This document shows positions 1 to 12,864 of a stretch of 64,000 bases of DNA, one piece after another (the first letter of the stretch is position 1; each line of letters opens with the position of its first letter). A program made the position numbers and the translations under genes. The stretch is from NCBI GenBank assembly GCA_000388065.2, contig KB932204.1, one strand, 5' to 3'. This DNA comes from Fonticula alba ATCC 38817. Its lineage: Eukaryota; Protista; Nucleariida. The notes under the pieces were generated by a model. That model searched no databases. It saw nothing but the letters and a program-made list of their open reading frames with translations, and was not told the origin of the DNA.

Positions 1-974
1 CGCCGCCGCCACTGCCACCCGCCGCGCCTTCACCTCCGGTGCGGCTCTCCCCTCGATGGCCATGCGCCTGAAGCACCAGCTCCCGGAGCTGGCCTACGGC
101 TACGACGACCTGGAGCCGCACCTGTGCGGGGAGATCATGCGCATCCACCACCAGAAGCACCACCAGACCTACGTCAACAACCTGAACGCCGCCGAGGAGA
201 AGCTTGCCGCGGCCCAGGCCTCCGGCGACGTGGCCGGGCAGATTGCCCTGCAGGGCGCCCTGAAGTTCAACGGCGGCGGCCACGTCAACCACTCCATCTT
301 CTGGACCAACCTTGCCCCGACCTCCAACGGCGGTGGTGTCCTGCCGGCCGAGGGCAGCGACCTGGCCAAGCGCATCGCCAAGGACTTTGGCTCGCATGAG
401 AAGCTTGTGGCCGACCTGTCGGCCGCGGCCGCCGGTGTCCAGGGCTCCGGCTGGGCCTGGCTCGTACGTGCTCTGCCCTGCTGTGGCCCTGTCTCTCGCT
501 GGACTGCCCTCCCCCCCCCCCCCCCAGCACCTCTCTCTCCTTCCGAAACTGACTGCGGTGCATGGACCTCCCCCCCGCCTCTGCTGGCTGCGGCTTGGCC
601 TTTTCTCGCATTGCTCAACAGGGCTACTGCCCCACCAAGGACCGTCTCTCCATCATGTCCATGCCCAACCAGGACCCGCTTTCTGTCACCGGTGTGTACC
701 CCGCGCACACTCTCGCGCTCCCAGGCTGCTGCCCTCGCCTCCTGCTCTGCCGGTCGTCCCTCCCTTCATGCGGCCCCTGACCCCTTTTTTCCCTCGCACC
801 CTCCTCCCCGAGCCCGTAGGCCTCGTTCCCCTGCTCGGTATCGATGTTTGGGAGCACGCCTACTACCTGCAGTACAAGAACGTCCGCCCGGACTACATCA
901 AGGCCATCTTCAACGTGGTCAACTGGGACAATGTGGCCGAGCGTCTGGCCGCTGCCACTGGCGGTAAGAAGTAA
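1..974 (+). CDS. SOD2: Mitochondrial Mn superoxide dismutase (5' end upstream of window); exons <1-463, 622-691, 820-974
   Basis: Motifs [38 protein letters not shown]. The GGH and Q pattern indicates Mn type. The frame is open from nt 2 with an Ala/Arg-rich presequence. GT-AG introns 464-621 and 692-819 restore the frame. Confidence 0.97.
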
Positions 975-1471
975 GGCCCCCCCCCTCCCCCCCCCTGCCC
1001 TTCCCCCTGGCCGTGCTCTGATGTCGGTGCCCGTGCACACATCCACACGCACGCATACACACACCTCATCATAGGCAACGTTTCTCCCCCACGTGTATGC
1101 CGCGCGCCCCCCTCCCCCCCCTCCGTGCTCCTCCCCAGAACCCGATCCGACGCCGCGCCATCGAGGCACTTTTGTGCGCGCACCCCCGCGCCAATAAAAA
1201 GAAAACGTGCTTCGTGCAGTCATCTCGCGCTTGAAAGGGTGACCTGTTTTGCTCCTTCTCTCTTTTTTTCTCTCTCTCTCTTGTGGATGTATTTCCCATT
1301 TTGGGCAAGATATGGCATGGCGCGCGCAGTGCAATGTGCGATGGCACGCAAATGCACCGGCCAATGCTGCAGACACACAAATTGGGAAAAGAGGGAGCCA
1401 AGGAGGAGAGACACGGAAGGGAAAATGGCAAGGACAAAGAAGGAGGGGGGGAAGAGAAAGAGAAGGGGCAA

Positions 1472-1514
<43 letters not shown>

Positions 1515-1531
1515 CAAGCAAAGGAGGGATA

Positions 1532-4500
1532 TCACAGGAGCGAAATGGCCTCGCTGCTGCCGGCGACACTGCCGCTGGCACTGCCAGCACTGCTGCCAGT
1601 GGCACTGCCGACCATGGTGCCATCCGGACGAACAATGCCCGCATCGAGGGCCATGCCGAAGAAGCTGGACCCCGGCTGGGCGAGCAGGGCCTGGGGCGAG
1701 TCGAACTCCGCCACCCGGCCATGGTCCAGCACCAGAACCCGATCGCTGTCCATGATGGTGTGCAGCCGGTGGGCAATGGTGATGATGGTGCACCCGGCGA
1801 ACTCCTTGCGGATGGTGCTCTGGATGAGGGTGTCGGTCTCGACATCCACGGCGGCCGTGGCCTCATCCAGCACGAGGATCTGGCTCCGGCGGAGCAGAGC
1901 ACGCCCAAGGCAAATCAGCTGGCGCTGGCCGACACTGAAGTTCTCCCCGCCCTGGGCCACGATCGCCGACAGCTGGCCCTCGAGCGAGGCAATGTGAGGG
2001 CCAATGTGGGCACTGTGCAGGGCGGCCCACACCGCCTCATCGGTATGGTCATCAAAGGGGTCCAGATTCTGCCGGACACTGCCACCAAAGAGCACCGGCT
2101 CCTGGGGGATGATACTCAGCCGAGACCGGAGATCGTGCAGGCCCAAGCGCGAGGTGTCCACCTGGTCAATGTCAATGTACCCGGAAGCCGCCTCGATCAG
2201 CCGGAAGAGGGCCAGCGTCAGGGACGACTTGCCGGCACCGGTGCGGCCCACCACACCGATCTTCTCCCGGGCCCCGATGGCCAGGGAAATGTCCCGCAAG
2301 ACCAGGTCCAAGCCAGGCCGATAGCGCGTGGAGTACTTGTGGAAGGTGATGGCACCGGCCGAGGGCCAGGCCGCCGGGGAATTGGCATTCGGGTCGGTCT
2401 CCGGAATGGAGGCCGGCGCCTCGGTCTCCAGCTCGGTGTACTCATTGACACGCTCCACCGACACGATGTTGCTCTCCACATCGGACGACATGCGCACCAT
2501 CCAGTTGAGGGTCTGCGTCACGGACAGGGCATACGTCAGGGACAAGCCCACGGTAGAGGCATTGATGGTGTTGCCGGCCAGCACGGCAAACAACGCCGCC
2601 AGCAGGACAATCAGGGAGCCGACACACTCCAGCCGCACGGCCAGCCAGCGGTTGCTGCTGATGGAGGGGTAGTACATCTGGGAGTTGATGTCCAGGAAGG
2701 CACGATTGGCCTGGATAAAGCGCTTCTCCTGGCAGTAGGCACGGATGGTGGACACACCGCCGAGGGATTCGCCGAAGTGCGCGTAAATCGGCGACCGGGA
2801 GATGGACTCCAAGCGCTGGAGCTCGCGCGAGGTGGCCACATAGAACCGCTGAACCATGACATACACCACGCCCAGGGGGATGATGGCAATCAGGAAGTAC
2901 GGGGTCGAGTAGGAAATGACCACCAGCACGGCCAGCACCTGGGCAAAGGTCCGCAGGAAGGAGTAGATGGCATTTGGCAGAACCTGATCAATGGTGTTGA
3001 GATCCTTGCTGAACCGGTTGACAATGCGCCCCAGGGGGGTGGTGTCGAAGAAGCTCATCGGCACGGCGAAGATCCGATCCAGCAGCTTCTCGTGCAGCAG
3101 CCGCGCCGCACGCAGGCCGGTCACCACCCGGGACACATACACCGACGCCACGGTCAGCAGGGACATCACCACGCCCAGGGCCGCATACACGCCCAGGTAG
3201 AGCCACACATTGCTGGTGGTCCGCTGCTCGGACCAGTAGGACAGCCAGACACTGGAGCCAATTTGGGCGGCCTGCGTCAGCAGGAAGGACACCAGCAGCA
3301 GCACGGTCGGCCAAATGCCCATGGCCTTCATGTAGGTCACATAGACAGACCCCTTGACGTCGCCCACCTCACGGGTTTCCTTCTCGACGAGTTGGGCCCC
3401 GGCGGCATCGGCATCGGGCTTGGCGGCCAGGGCCGCGGCCTTTTGCGCCTCGGCCTCCTCCACCAGCGGCTCACTTGCCGGGCTGGGGCCGCCGGTGTCC
3501 GCGTTGTCCTCGTCATCGGAGGCCATGAGCCCGGGGCTGGCGTCGCCGCCATCCTCGGCCTCGGCCGAGCCATACTCCTCGACCAGCCGGGCAAAGAGGC
3601 CGCCATTGTCAATGAGCGCCCGGTAGGACCCGGACTCGACGATGCGCCCGCCACGCATGGTGACAATCTGGTCGCAATAGCGCAGGTAGTGGATCCCGTG
3701 CGTGACCAGCAGCCGGGCCCGGTCGGCCAGACACCCGCGCGGGCCGATCACCCGCTCGAAGATATGCCGGCCGACATGGCTGTCCACCGCACTAAGTGGG
3801 TCATCCAGGAGGTAGATATCGGCCTGGCTGTAGACCGCGCGCGCGAGGGACACGCGCTGCTTCTGGCCACCAGAGAGGTTGATACCCTGCGTCGTAGAAG
3901 GGGAGGGGAGAGAGGGGGAGGGGAGAGAGGGGGGAGGGGAGAGAAAGAGAGAGGGAGAGAGAGGGAGGGAGAGAGAGGGAGGGAGGGAGGGAGGGAGGGA
4001 GGGAGGGAGAGGAGAGCCAGGCAGATCGGAGGAGAGGGAGGAGACAACAGGAACAATCGACATGTTAGTCATCGGGCCACGGGCATCAAGAAGACAGGGA
4101 GCAGAGCAGGGAGCAGAGCAGGGAACAGGGAGCAGGAAAAGGAGTCGACTCGGCCATGTTTGGTCGCTGCGCGAAGGCGCCTCAGCGCGCATCATGTGCC
4201 CATATGTGTGCGTGTGTGTGTGTGGATAAACATAGATGTGACTGTGTGGACGCACCTTCTCACCGATCTCGGTCATGTCACCACCCGGCAGGATGGAGAT
4301 ATCCCGGCGCAGGGCACACGCGTCGACCACCGAATTGTAGAACGCCTCATCGTAGGGACGCCCGAAGAGGATGTTCTCGCGCAGAGTGGCATTGAGAATC
4401 CACGCCTGCTGGGGGACGTACGCGACGCGGCCCTGGGTGGCCACCGCGCCCGACACCCGGAGCATGTCACCCAGCACCGCACCGATGAGACTGGACTTGC

Positions 4501-7258
4501 CCGAGCCAACCGGGCCAACCACCGCCATGAGCGACGCATCGTTCAGAGCCAGGGACACACGCTGCAGAGTCGGGGTCCCGTCGCGAGCCTGGCGCTGGCT
4601 CCACGCGAAGGACCCGTCCTCGATGACCACACGGCTGTCCGGCAGCAGGGTCACCCCGGCCAGGCTGGTCATGGCCAGCGACTCGCCGCCTGGACCCCCG
4701 GCGGTGGCGGTCATCGTGGGACTATCCGACAGCGACTCCAGATCACTGCCAGCGGCCATGGACACACCCATGGTGAGTCGAGCCCCGCCAGTGGCCGCCG
4801 TGGCGCCGGTCAGCAGGCCGGCCGTCTCCAGCTCCTGCGAAGGCTGGCCAGCCGCCTCCGAAAGGGGACCCAGCGACAGGGGAGAGCCGATGGCCGAATC
4901 CTCCCCGGCACCGGTGGCATCGATGGTGTCGGCACCACCACCACCGAGGGGCATGGCATCCGGGCAGGCAATGCCCTCCGAGCGAAGACGCAACACCGCA
5001 CGCGGGTCCAGCTCCTCGCGCAGGAAGAAATCCTCCAGCCGGGTGATGGCCACGCCGGCCTCGACACTGCTGCTAATGACATTCGGGAACATGGCCAGCG
5101 GGAACTGCAGCAGGTTGAAGAGCGACAGACTGACGAAGGCCACCTCCGGGGTCAGGGGCGTCGGGCTGGTCAGCACATAGACCATGAAGCTGACGAAGGA
5201 GAAGAAGAAGGGCGAGGACACCCAGGTGAGGGACTGCACGGAGGCGATGCTGGCCGTGGCGCGCAGATCGGCCAGCTCGCCGGCGCGCACGCCGCGGATC
5301 CGCTGGACAAAGGAATTTTCCCAGGCATAGAGCTTGATGACACGCATGCCGGCCAGGACCTCATCCATGAGACGAATGCGCTGGTCCTTGCTGGCCATCT
5401 GGCGCTTTTGCAAGTCCCGCATGCGGATGGCCAGCCGCGAGTTGATGGGGATCATCAGCAGCAGGACCGCCAAGCCGGCGAAGACAGCCGGCCCGAGGAT
5501 CTCATACAGGAAGTACAGCGACAGGGCAATCTGGAACGGGCCGGACCAGAGGATGTGCCCGTAGTTGGTGAGCTCCTGCAGACGCTGAGCATCGACACTC
5601 ATGTGGTTGACCACCTCGCCGGTGGTGCTCTGCTGCCGGGCGTCGCTGGACAGGAGCAGGGCCTTGCGGTAGATGGCCGCCGTGAGGCCCACGCGCACGC
5701 GCATGCCGGTCGTGAAGCACCGGTGGAAGTACTGGTGCAGGACAAAGGTCTGGAAGAGGGCCGTCCCGAACATGACCATGGTAATGTAGATGCCACGCTC
5801 GAGGGGCTGGGGCGTGGGGGTGCCCTGGCTGGTGACGAAGGCCAGCAGCTCGCGCAGCAGGACCGGCTGCACGAAGGACATCAAATCCTGCAGGAGCTTG
5901 AAGATGGCCGCCACGCCGAAGGGAGCACCGTATGCCGAGAGGACGGCCCACAGGACCGAGGGCCGGCGCTTGCGGGACTTCTTCTTCTTCTTCCTCTGGC
6001 CGCCGGCGCTGCGACCGCGACGGAAGATCCGAGACCAGAGGGACGGCGTGGACCGGCCATCCACCTGGACAAGGTCGTCCTCATCGGCGTCGAGCTCCTC
6101 CTCCGCCGCCGCCTCGCTGTGGCCCATCTGGCCGGACTTGTGGCCGTGGCGGCGGAGCTGCTCGGCCCAGGCGGTACCAAACTGATTGTACAGCCGGTCA
6201 GAGTGGTCGGCCGCATTCAGGCGATGAAGGTCAGACCCCTCCAGGGGCTTGCGGTAGCCCAGGATCATGGTGCTGGTCATCCACCAGAAGGAGATCATCG
6301 AGAAGAAGTTGGACTGCTCCTCGGGCGTGAACTGGTCCTCGGCGCCGGGCTCCAGCGGCTTCTCGATGGACTCCACAAGGGACAGCAGAAGGTAGAGGGC
6401 CAGGTGGATGCTTTGCAGGGCCAGGCTCCAAGTGGGGGTGCTGTCGAAGGTGGTGCGGATGTTCATGGACGCGGCCACCGCGGCAGCGACCCAGTAGATG
6501 GACAGGAGGTAGGAGGACCCGAAGCGACGATGGTAGTAGAGAATCTGGATCAGGAAGACGAGATTCTGTGGCAGGGAGGGGGGGGGAGGGGGGAGAATAC
6601 GAGGGGATCGCCGCGGGGGGGAGATGGCGGGAGGGGAACCGGCGGTGGAGACGGAGAGTGAGCAAATGCACATGCAAGGAGGAGGAGGAAGAAGAAGAGG
6701 AGAGAGGCAGGGGGGAGGAGGAAAGGCCCACGCGTGAGGGCAGCCACCACTCGAGAACTCGATGGAGGGGGTCGCGTGTGCTCAAGCGCGGCAAGGGGAA
6801 CGTACGTTGGCAACGAGGTTGCCGATGGCATGAAGCAGCTCATACCCATAGGAGGTGAGGCCGACGTCGCGCACGACCAGCGTCAGGTAGACAAGCGACG
6901 CGAGGAAGGTCGACAGACCGAGGATCAGGCGAGAAGCATAAAGCAGGCGGGGGGCCAGCCCCCCGCGGCGGATGGCCGGAAGGGGCTGCGAGTCCTCCAG
7001 CTTGTAGAGGAGTGGCACACCCAGCAGGATGACGAAGAGTTGCGGCAGGAACGACACAATGGTCGCCTGGAAACAGGGGGTCAGGTCGAACTCCCGCAGG
7101 GAGGACCCGGGGCCCTGTCGCAATCGTGTGGGGGAGGAGACCGGGGGGGGGACGGAGAAGTCAGCAAAGGGGCAACGAGCGCGAACGAGCACAGCGAGGA
7201 CCGTCGCAAGGCGGGCAAGAGAACGCACGAAACCCTCGGGGCCGCAGAAGTCGATCAT
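1532..7258 (-). CDS. ABCC1: Long-type ABCC/MRP (MRP1/Ycf1-like) ABC transporter with TMD0; exons 7258-7229, 7114-6806, 6565-4256, 3886-1532
   Basis: TMD0 start MIDFCGPEGF|GP..FDLTPCF. FTPEEQSNFFSMISFWWM lasso region. NBD1: GPVGSGKSS, LSGGQKQR, LLDDPLSAVD. NBD2: GRTGAGKSS, FSVGQRQL, VLDEATAAVD. Exact paralog assignment is uncertain. Confidence 0.93.
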
Positions 7259-7994
7259 TGGCAAGAAGAAAAGGGAGGAGGCCTAAATACCCATCAAGAG
7301 GTGATGATGGGGCACAGGGGGAGAGGGGAGGGGGGGGGGTATTGTGGGGAGGGAAAGAGGACGCATATCCGGGGCCCGGGGCGACCAGCGGGGCACCCTA
7401 TAAATACCCGTGGACGATCGTCTGCAGCCCGAAGCGCCACCTTGCGTTGCTTCCCGGGCTAGGCCCACTCGGCGTCCGCCCCCAGGGGGGAATATACGGA
7501 ACCGGCGGGAACGGCCGGGCTCAATCCCCCGACCGTGGGCCGGCAGCCGGAAGGAATGGGGCCGCACACGCGCTCCCCCCCCCCCCCCCCCTGCACCCTG
7601 GAGATCATTGCGGTGCATGGCGCGTCGGGGCCAGGGTCGGGATCCTCGGCTCCCAGATGTCGGGAAACACGCGGCGGCGGCCGGGACTCCCAGGCCGCGC
7701 CCAATCGACGCTCGCAACCGGGCCTAGTCCCTGCCCCCCCCCCCCTTCCCGGGCCTCGGGCCACGCCCAAGGTGCCCCTCCACACCACCTGCCCCCCGGG
7801 GGGGTCGCGTACATCCCCCCGGCCCTCGGCCGTCCCCGACTTGCCCCGCTTTTCCGGGCCACGCTGCCAATGGATAACGCTCGGCAAGCTCGCGAACCTT
7901 CTCCCTGGGACACAGGCCGGGCTGCCGCCCAATCCTCAGCCTCGGGCCTTCTGCCCGCCCCCCGCCCCAGGTCCCGCGCGGCCCGCATGCGCTA

Positions 7995-8034
<40 letters not shown>
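7995..8034 (+). repeat. (CA)n microsatellite, intergenic
   Basis: About 20 CA units. Confidence 0.9.
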
Positions 8035-8037
<3 letters not shown>

Positions 8038-9013
8038 GCCCAGCCCTCATCTCTTGGAGTTGGCTCGGCAAAGCGGGCCTCCCAAGCTGCATGGCCCGCC
8101 GGGCTTCCGCCCAAGAGGGACCCCGTTGACCAGCGAGACCAGCCCCCCACGGCACCTTTCGCCGCGTGGGGGGCAAGATGTCGGGCGACGGAGGGGGGGG
8201 GGGGGGAGGGACAACCCACCCGGCCCTCGAAGTCCCTCGGATGTGCGTCGTGCCCTTTGTTCCTTTGCCCCGGAAAAGGCGGTCCACGGGGGATATTGCG
8301 GCCTTTTTTAAAAAGACCCTCGCCTCCCGCGGGGTGTCCGAGGGCAGACAGCCCGGGGTCCGCGCGCGCCATGTTGATTTCACATCTGCTCCCAACGCAT
8401 GCGCGCGTCTGGCAAAGGATTAAGTAATCCAACATGATTGCCTCGTAAACATGCTGCCAGCGCTCCGAGCCGCCGGGCCGTCGGCCCAGGCGGAATGTTT
8501 GTCCCTCATTTACAATTAATGCACATGACCACGACGCCATCTGATCGACCTTTTGCCCCCAGCCGCCAGCCCCGATCTTGTTTCTCTTTCCGTCAAGTGG
8601 GTGCGTGTGTGAGCGAAGGGGGGTGGAAATGTACAAGTGCACCCTCTCCTTCTCCCCGCGCGATGCTCTTCTCTTGAAGCGCCACCGGGATATTCACCGG
8701 CTGCCGGCCTGCTTGACAGTGCACGGTCCTTCGCGCGTGCCGGCCGCCCCACTCTGCTTTCGCCAAAGACGCATTCCATGCCCCCGCCCCCCGCCAGGAG
8801 CAAAGTGCCCAAGAGACGACCAGTGCACATGGGGATGATTTGTCCTTTGAAGTGTATGTATATAAATGTACGTCAATGGGGCCCCTTCTTCACGCCGGTG
8901 TCGGTGGCGGGGGCCGTGCACGAGGCGGGCATCGGCGCAGGGGCAAGGGAGCCACGGTACATGGCCACCAAGATGCCGGCCCCTGCTGCCTTTCTCCCCG
9001 CAACGCCTGGCAC

Positions 9014-10675
9014 TCAGAAGTACTGGAGGAATTGGCCAGAGTGGTCCATCTCGAAGACACTCTTGTTGGCGGAGACGCGGGGCGGCGCGCAGCGCAGGTC
9101 ATTCAGCGACTCGGCCAGCGCGGAGTGGATCTCCTCGGCGTAGGACAGCTGGGTCCGGGCAAAGTGGGCCACCGAGGCCAGGTAGTCCGAGGCGCGCTCG
9201 GCATCAAGGACCTGGAATTCGGCGGTCATGCACTTCTCGAAGGTGGCAATGTCCTCCAGAAGCTTGAGCTTCTCCTCGTTGATCTGGCGGCGCAGGAGCG
9301 AGGGCGGGGGGCGGGGGGGGGGTGTCAGTGCCGGTTGGCGGACCGGCGGACGGCGCACGCCTGGCCCCCGTGATGAGGGCCAAGCGCGCACGAGGAAGGG
9401 GGCAAAAGGGCAAAGGAAAGCAGGGAAAGCAGCGTACCGCCTCGATTTCCTGGCTGGCGCGCACCACCTCCGGGTGCGAGTCGGTCTGGTGCTTGCGCAG
9501 GAGCTTCGCATGGTTGGAGGCCAGGCGGTCGGCCTCCTTGCGACGATCGTCGAACTTCTCGATGGCCGCGGTCCGGCGGTTCATGAGAGCCCGCACGGCG
9601 TGGATCAGCTGCCGCTGGTCGAGGATGGTCTCGCCGAGCTTGGACACCTCGTCGGTGATCTGCCGGGTGGCGATGCCCTCCAGGCGCTCGGCCGACCGGT
9701 CGATCGACTGGCTCAGCGTGGCGAAGTGCTTGTCCATGATGGTGGCCCCGGGGCTGGCCTCATCATTGAGCTCGGTGGACATGGTGGACATCTGGGCGGT
9801 GAGATCCTTGAGCGAGGTGAAGTAGGCTGGGGGGGGGGGGGGGGAGAGCAGGAAGTCAGGGATGGTTGACGAAGGGGACAATGGTGTGGGCCAAACATGT
9901 GCAGGGAGGGAGGAGGGGAGGGGGGGAACGCACCACGGTTCGAGCGGATTTGCTCGGCCAGCTTATCGATCATGGCGATGTGGTCGCGCTCGAAGTTGGA
10001 GATGAAGGTGCGGCGCTGGAGGTGACAGTCGGATTCCCGGCAGCACATTCGTGCACGGCGCCATCGCGGTTAGGGCGTGTATCTGCATGCATGCATGTGT
10101 GCGTGTGTGTGTGTGTGTGTATGAAATCGCGCAATGCGGGTCGGCCGACCGGCCAAAAGGAAGGGGGCAGGCGCACAGTGTCGAAGAGGGGCTGGTCCAC
10201 CTCATCAATGGGGTAGGTCAGCTTGTGCACGCGGATGGTGCTGTTGTTGGTGTTGCCACCCACACGGGCCAGGGTGGCCGCCGAGTCGAGCAGGCTCTTG
10301 GCGGAGAGGCTGCCAGCCTTGTTGGCCGCGAGCTCCGGGTTGTTGAAGACGTCCTGGGAGACGGCAGAAGGTCAGCGAGGGCTGGGTGGCATGGATGGTC
10401 ATGACAGACTGGGCAGACCCGTGCGGAGTGGCGACAGCCAGTGACACCCAGGAGGATGGATGGGATGGGGGCGAAGAGGGCCGAGGGCCGAGGGCCGGAC
10501 ATACAGACAGGTGCGCGGCCGGGGCACCACCCTCCACAAAGGACATGAACTCCATCATGTCCGGGCTCGAGGCGATGTCGGTCTTGGAGCCAAGACGCTC
10601 GAAGAAGCGCTGGAACTGCCGGGACTTCTTCAGCAGGTACTCCGAGTCCGCCAGAGAGGAGGGGGTGAGCGGCTG
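9014..10675 (-). CDS. PX-BAR sorting nexin, partial; N-terminal exon(s) probably in the gap 10799-11650; exons ~10675-10505, 10353-10177, 10015-9934, 9826-9438, 9283-9014
   Basis: PX C-terminal half (PLTPSSLADSEYLLKKSRQFQRFFERLGSKTDIASSPDMMEFM), then helical BAR segments (HFATLSQSIDRSAERLE, QLIHAVRALMNRRTAAIEK, FEKCMTAEFQVLDAERASD). Canonical splice sites keep the frame. Confidence 0.82.
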
Positions 10676-10798
10676 GGTGAAGGAAGGAGCGCCGGGAGGG
10701 GGAAGTGGCGGTGGGGCAGACATGGTCAGACGGTGGTGAGCAAGGGAGACAGGAAAAGAAAGAAAGAAAAAGGGCGGCCATGTGGGGGAGGGGGGGGG

Positions 10799-11650
10799 NN
10801 NNNNNNNNNNNNNNNNNNNNNNNNNNNNNNNNNNNNNNNNNNNNNNNNNNNNNNNNNNNNNNNNNNNNNNNNNNNNNNNNNNNNNNNNNNNNNNNNNNNN
10901 NNNNNNNNNNNNNNNNNNNNNNNNNNNNNNNNNNNNNNNNNNNNNNNNNNNNNNNNNNNNNNNNNNNNNNNNNNNNNNNNNNNNNNNNNNNNNNNNNNNN
11001 NNNNNNNNNNNNNNNNNNNNNNNNNNNNNNNNNNNNNNNNNNNNNNNNNNNNNNNNNNNNNNNNNNNNNNNNNNNNNNNNNNNNNNNNNNNNNNNNNNNN
11101 NNNNNNNNNNNNNNNNNNNNNNNNNNNNNNNNNNNNNNNNNNNNNNNNNNNNNNNNNNNNNNNNNNNNNNNNNNNNNNNNNNNNNNNNNNNNNNNNNNNN
11201 NNNNNNNNNNNNNNNNNNNNNNNNNNNNNNNNNNNNNNNNNNNNNNNNNNNNNNNNNNNNNNNNNNNNNNNNNNNNNNNNNNNNNNNNNNNNNNNNNNNN
11301 NNNNNNNNNNNNNNNNNNNNNNNNNNNNNNNNNNNNNNNNNNNNNNNNNNNNNNNNNNNNNNNNNNNNNNNNNNNNNNNNNNNNNNNNNNNNNNNNNNNN
11401 NNNNNNNNNNNNNNNNNNNNNNNNNNNNNNNNNNNNNNNNNNNNNNNNNNNNNNNNNNNNNNNNNNNNNNNNNNNNNNNNNNNNNNNNNNNNNNNNNNNN
11501 NNNNNNNNNNNNNNNNNNNNNNNNNNNNNNNNNNNNNNNNNNNNNNNNNNNNNNNNNNNNNNNNNNNNNNNNNNNNNNNNNNNNNNNNNNNNNNNNNNNN
11601 NNNNNNNNNNNNNNNNNNNNNNNNNNNNNNNNNNNNNNNNNNNNNNNNNC
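10799..11650. other. Assembly gap (852 N); other gaps at 12048-12057, 16568-16803, 30049-30244, 31256-31480 and 44223-44239
   Basis: N runs. Several are flanked by G/C homopolymers. Confidence 1.
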
Positions 11651-11947
11651 CCTATTTCTTTTCTCTCTCTCTCTCTCTCTCTCCCGCTTTCTCTCTCTCT
11701 CTCTCTCCCGCTTTCTGGGGGGCAGGGCTGGAGAAGGCTAGCGCGGGCTCGCAAGCCCCTCCTGTTCGAACTCGCTCCCGAAGAAGGGCAGAGGACTCGC
11801 CGGGGGGGGGAGGGGGCGGGAGAGTGTCGGGTGCGGGTCAGGGAGCCGGGCGGGGTCTGTGCCAACGCAGCCCCCCTGGCGCCTGGACTTCGTATTGTTG
11901 TTCTTTCCCGCCGCGGGTCCGCAGGAAAATCACACAACGCGGCCACC

Positions 11948-11982
<35 letters not shown>

Positions 11983-12864
11983 ACAGAACACAAGAACGAC
12001 GGCCCCCCCCGGGGGTGCAGCCGAGAGTGGAGGATTGTACTTCAGGCNNNNNNNNNNGAGCCGAGATCGAACACACTGACGAAGGCCCCCCCCCCGGGTG
12101 CAGCCGAGAGTGGAGGATTGTACTTCAGGCGCCCCGGGCAAAGAGTCGTCGGTAGGCCTTCCGGCTTGCGCCTCGCCACTGGAGGGCCGGGGCCGGGGGG
12201 CCCTGCTGCTCTTCACAAGTTCCAAGTGTGAATACACTGTATCCGTCTTCTTGCCGGGCGCGCGCGCGCCCCTCTGTGGCCATTCCCAGCCGCACCCCTC
12301 TCTCACGAGGGGCGAAGGGGTGCACGCAGGGGCCACAGGGAACCGGAGCAGGCGAGCAGGGACCACGACCGGCAGAGGGTCGGAGGGTTCCTCAGCCGGA
12401 GGCGTTATCATGTGGGCTCACATGATACCCAGACGCTCCTGGGCGATCGTGAGGGAAAGCCCCGCCCCGGACGCCCAGAGTGTGACACACACACACACAC
12501 ACTTCGCGCCTTTCGCCCGCTCTTGGGCCCTGCTGCCTGGCGGATCAGCGAGAGGAAGGGCAAACCAACCGATCATTCCTCCCTACTCACGGGCGGGACG
12601 GGCTACCGGCCAGCAGCCAGCCACCGATCGGGGGCTGAAAATCGTGCCAGGGAGACCCCCGGCGGCGTCCCCCCTCCCCCCACCAGGTTGTATCACAGCC
12701 TTTCCCTATTTCTTTTCTCTCTCTCTCTCTCTCTCTCTGGTTGCCGTTGTCCCGCCCACTCCCTCTCCTCCCCTTTCACTCGTCTTCCTCCTCTTCCTCC
12801 TCTTCCTCTCAGCTCCGATTGCGTATCTGCCTTCTCCCTGGCTCCTGCTCGCGCGCCTCCAGTG

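Noticed and set aside
1283-6661. 1792-aa plus-strand ORF (also 37711-41499, 36465-37904, 26375-28090, 30863-33928)
   Set aside because: Antisense shadows of real GC-rich genes. No recognisable motifs, and they read through microsatellites.
8417-8430. Inverted repeat GGATTA-AG-TAATCC (homeodomain-like site)
   Set aside because: 6-bp arms are expected by chance in 64 kb, and there is no supporting context.
7283-8830. Several 100-290 aa ORFs between ABCC and the sorting nexin
   Set aside because: Low-complexity Pro/Gly/Arg translations crossing CA repeats, with no motifs or consistent splice pattern.
12005-12128. Direct duplication of ~45 bp (GGGTGCAGCCGAGAGTGGAGGATTGTACTTCAGGC) around a 10-N gap
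   Set aside because: Copies flank a tiny gap and diverge only at the read edge, typical of an unmerged contig overlap.
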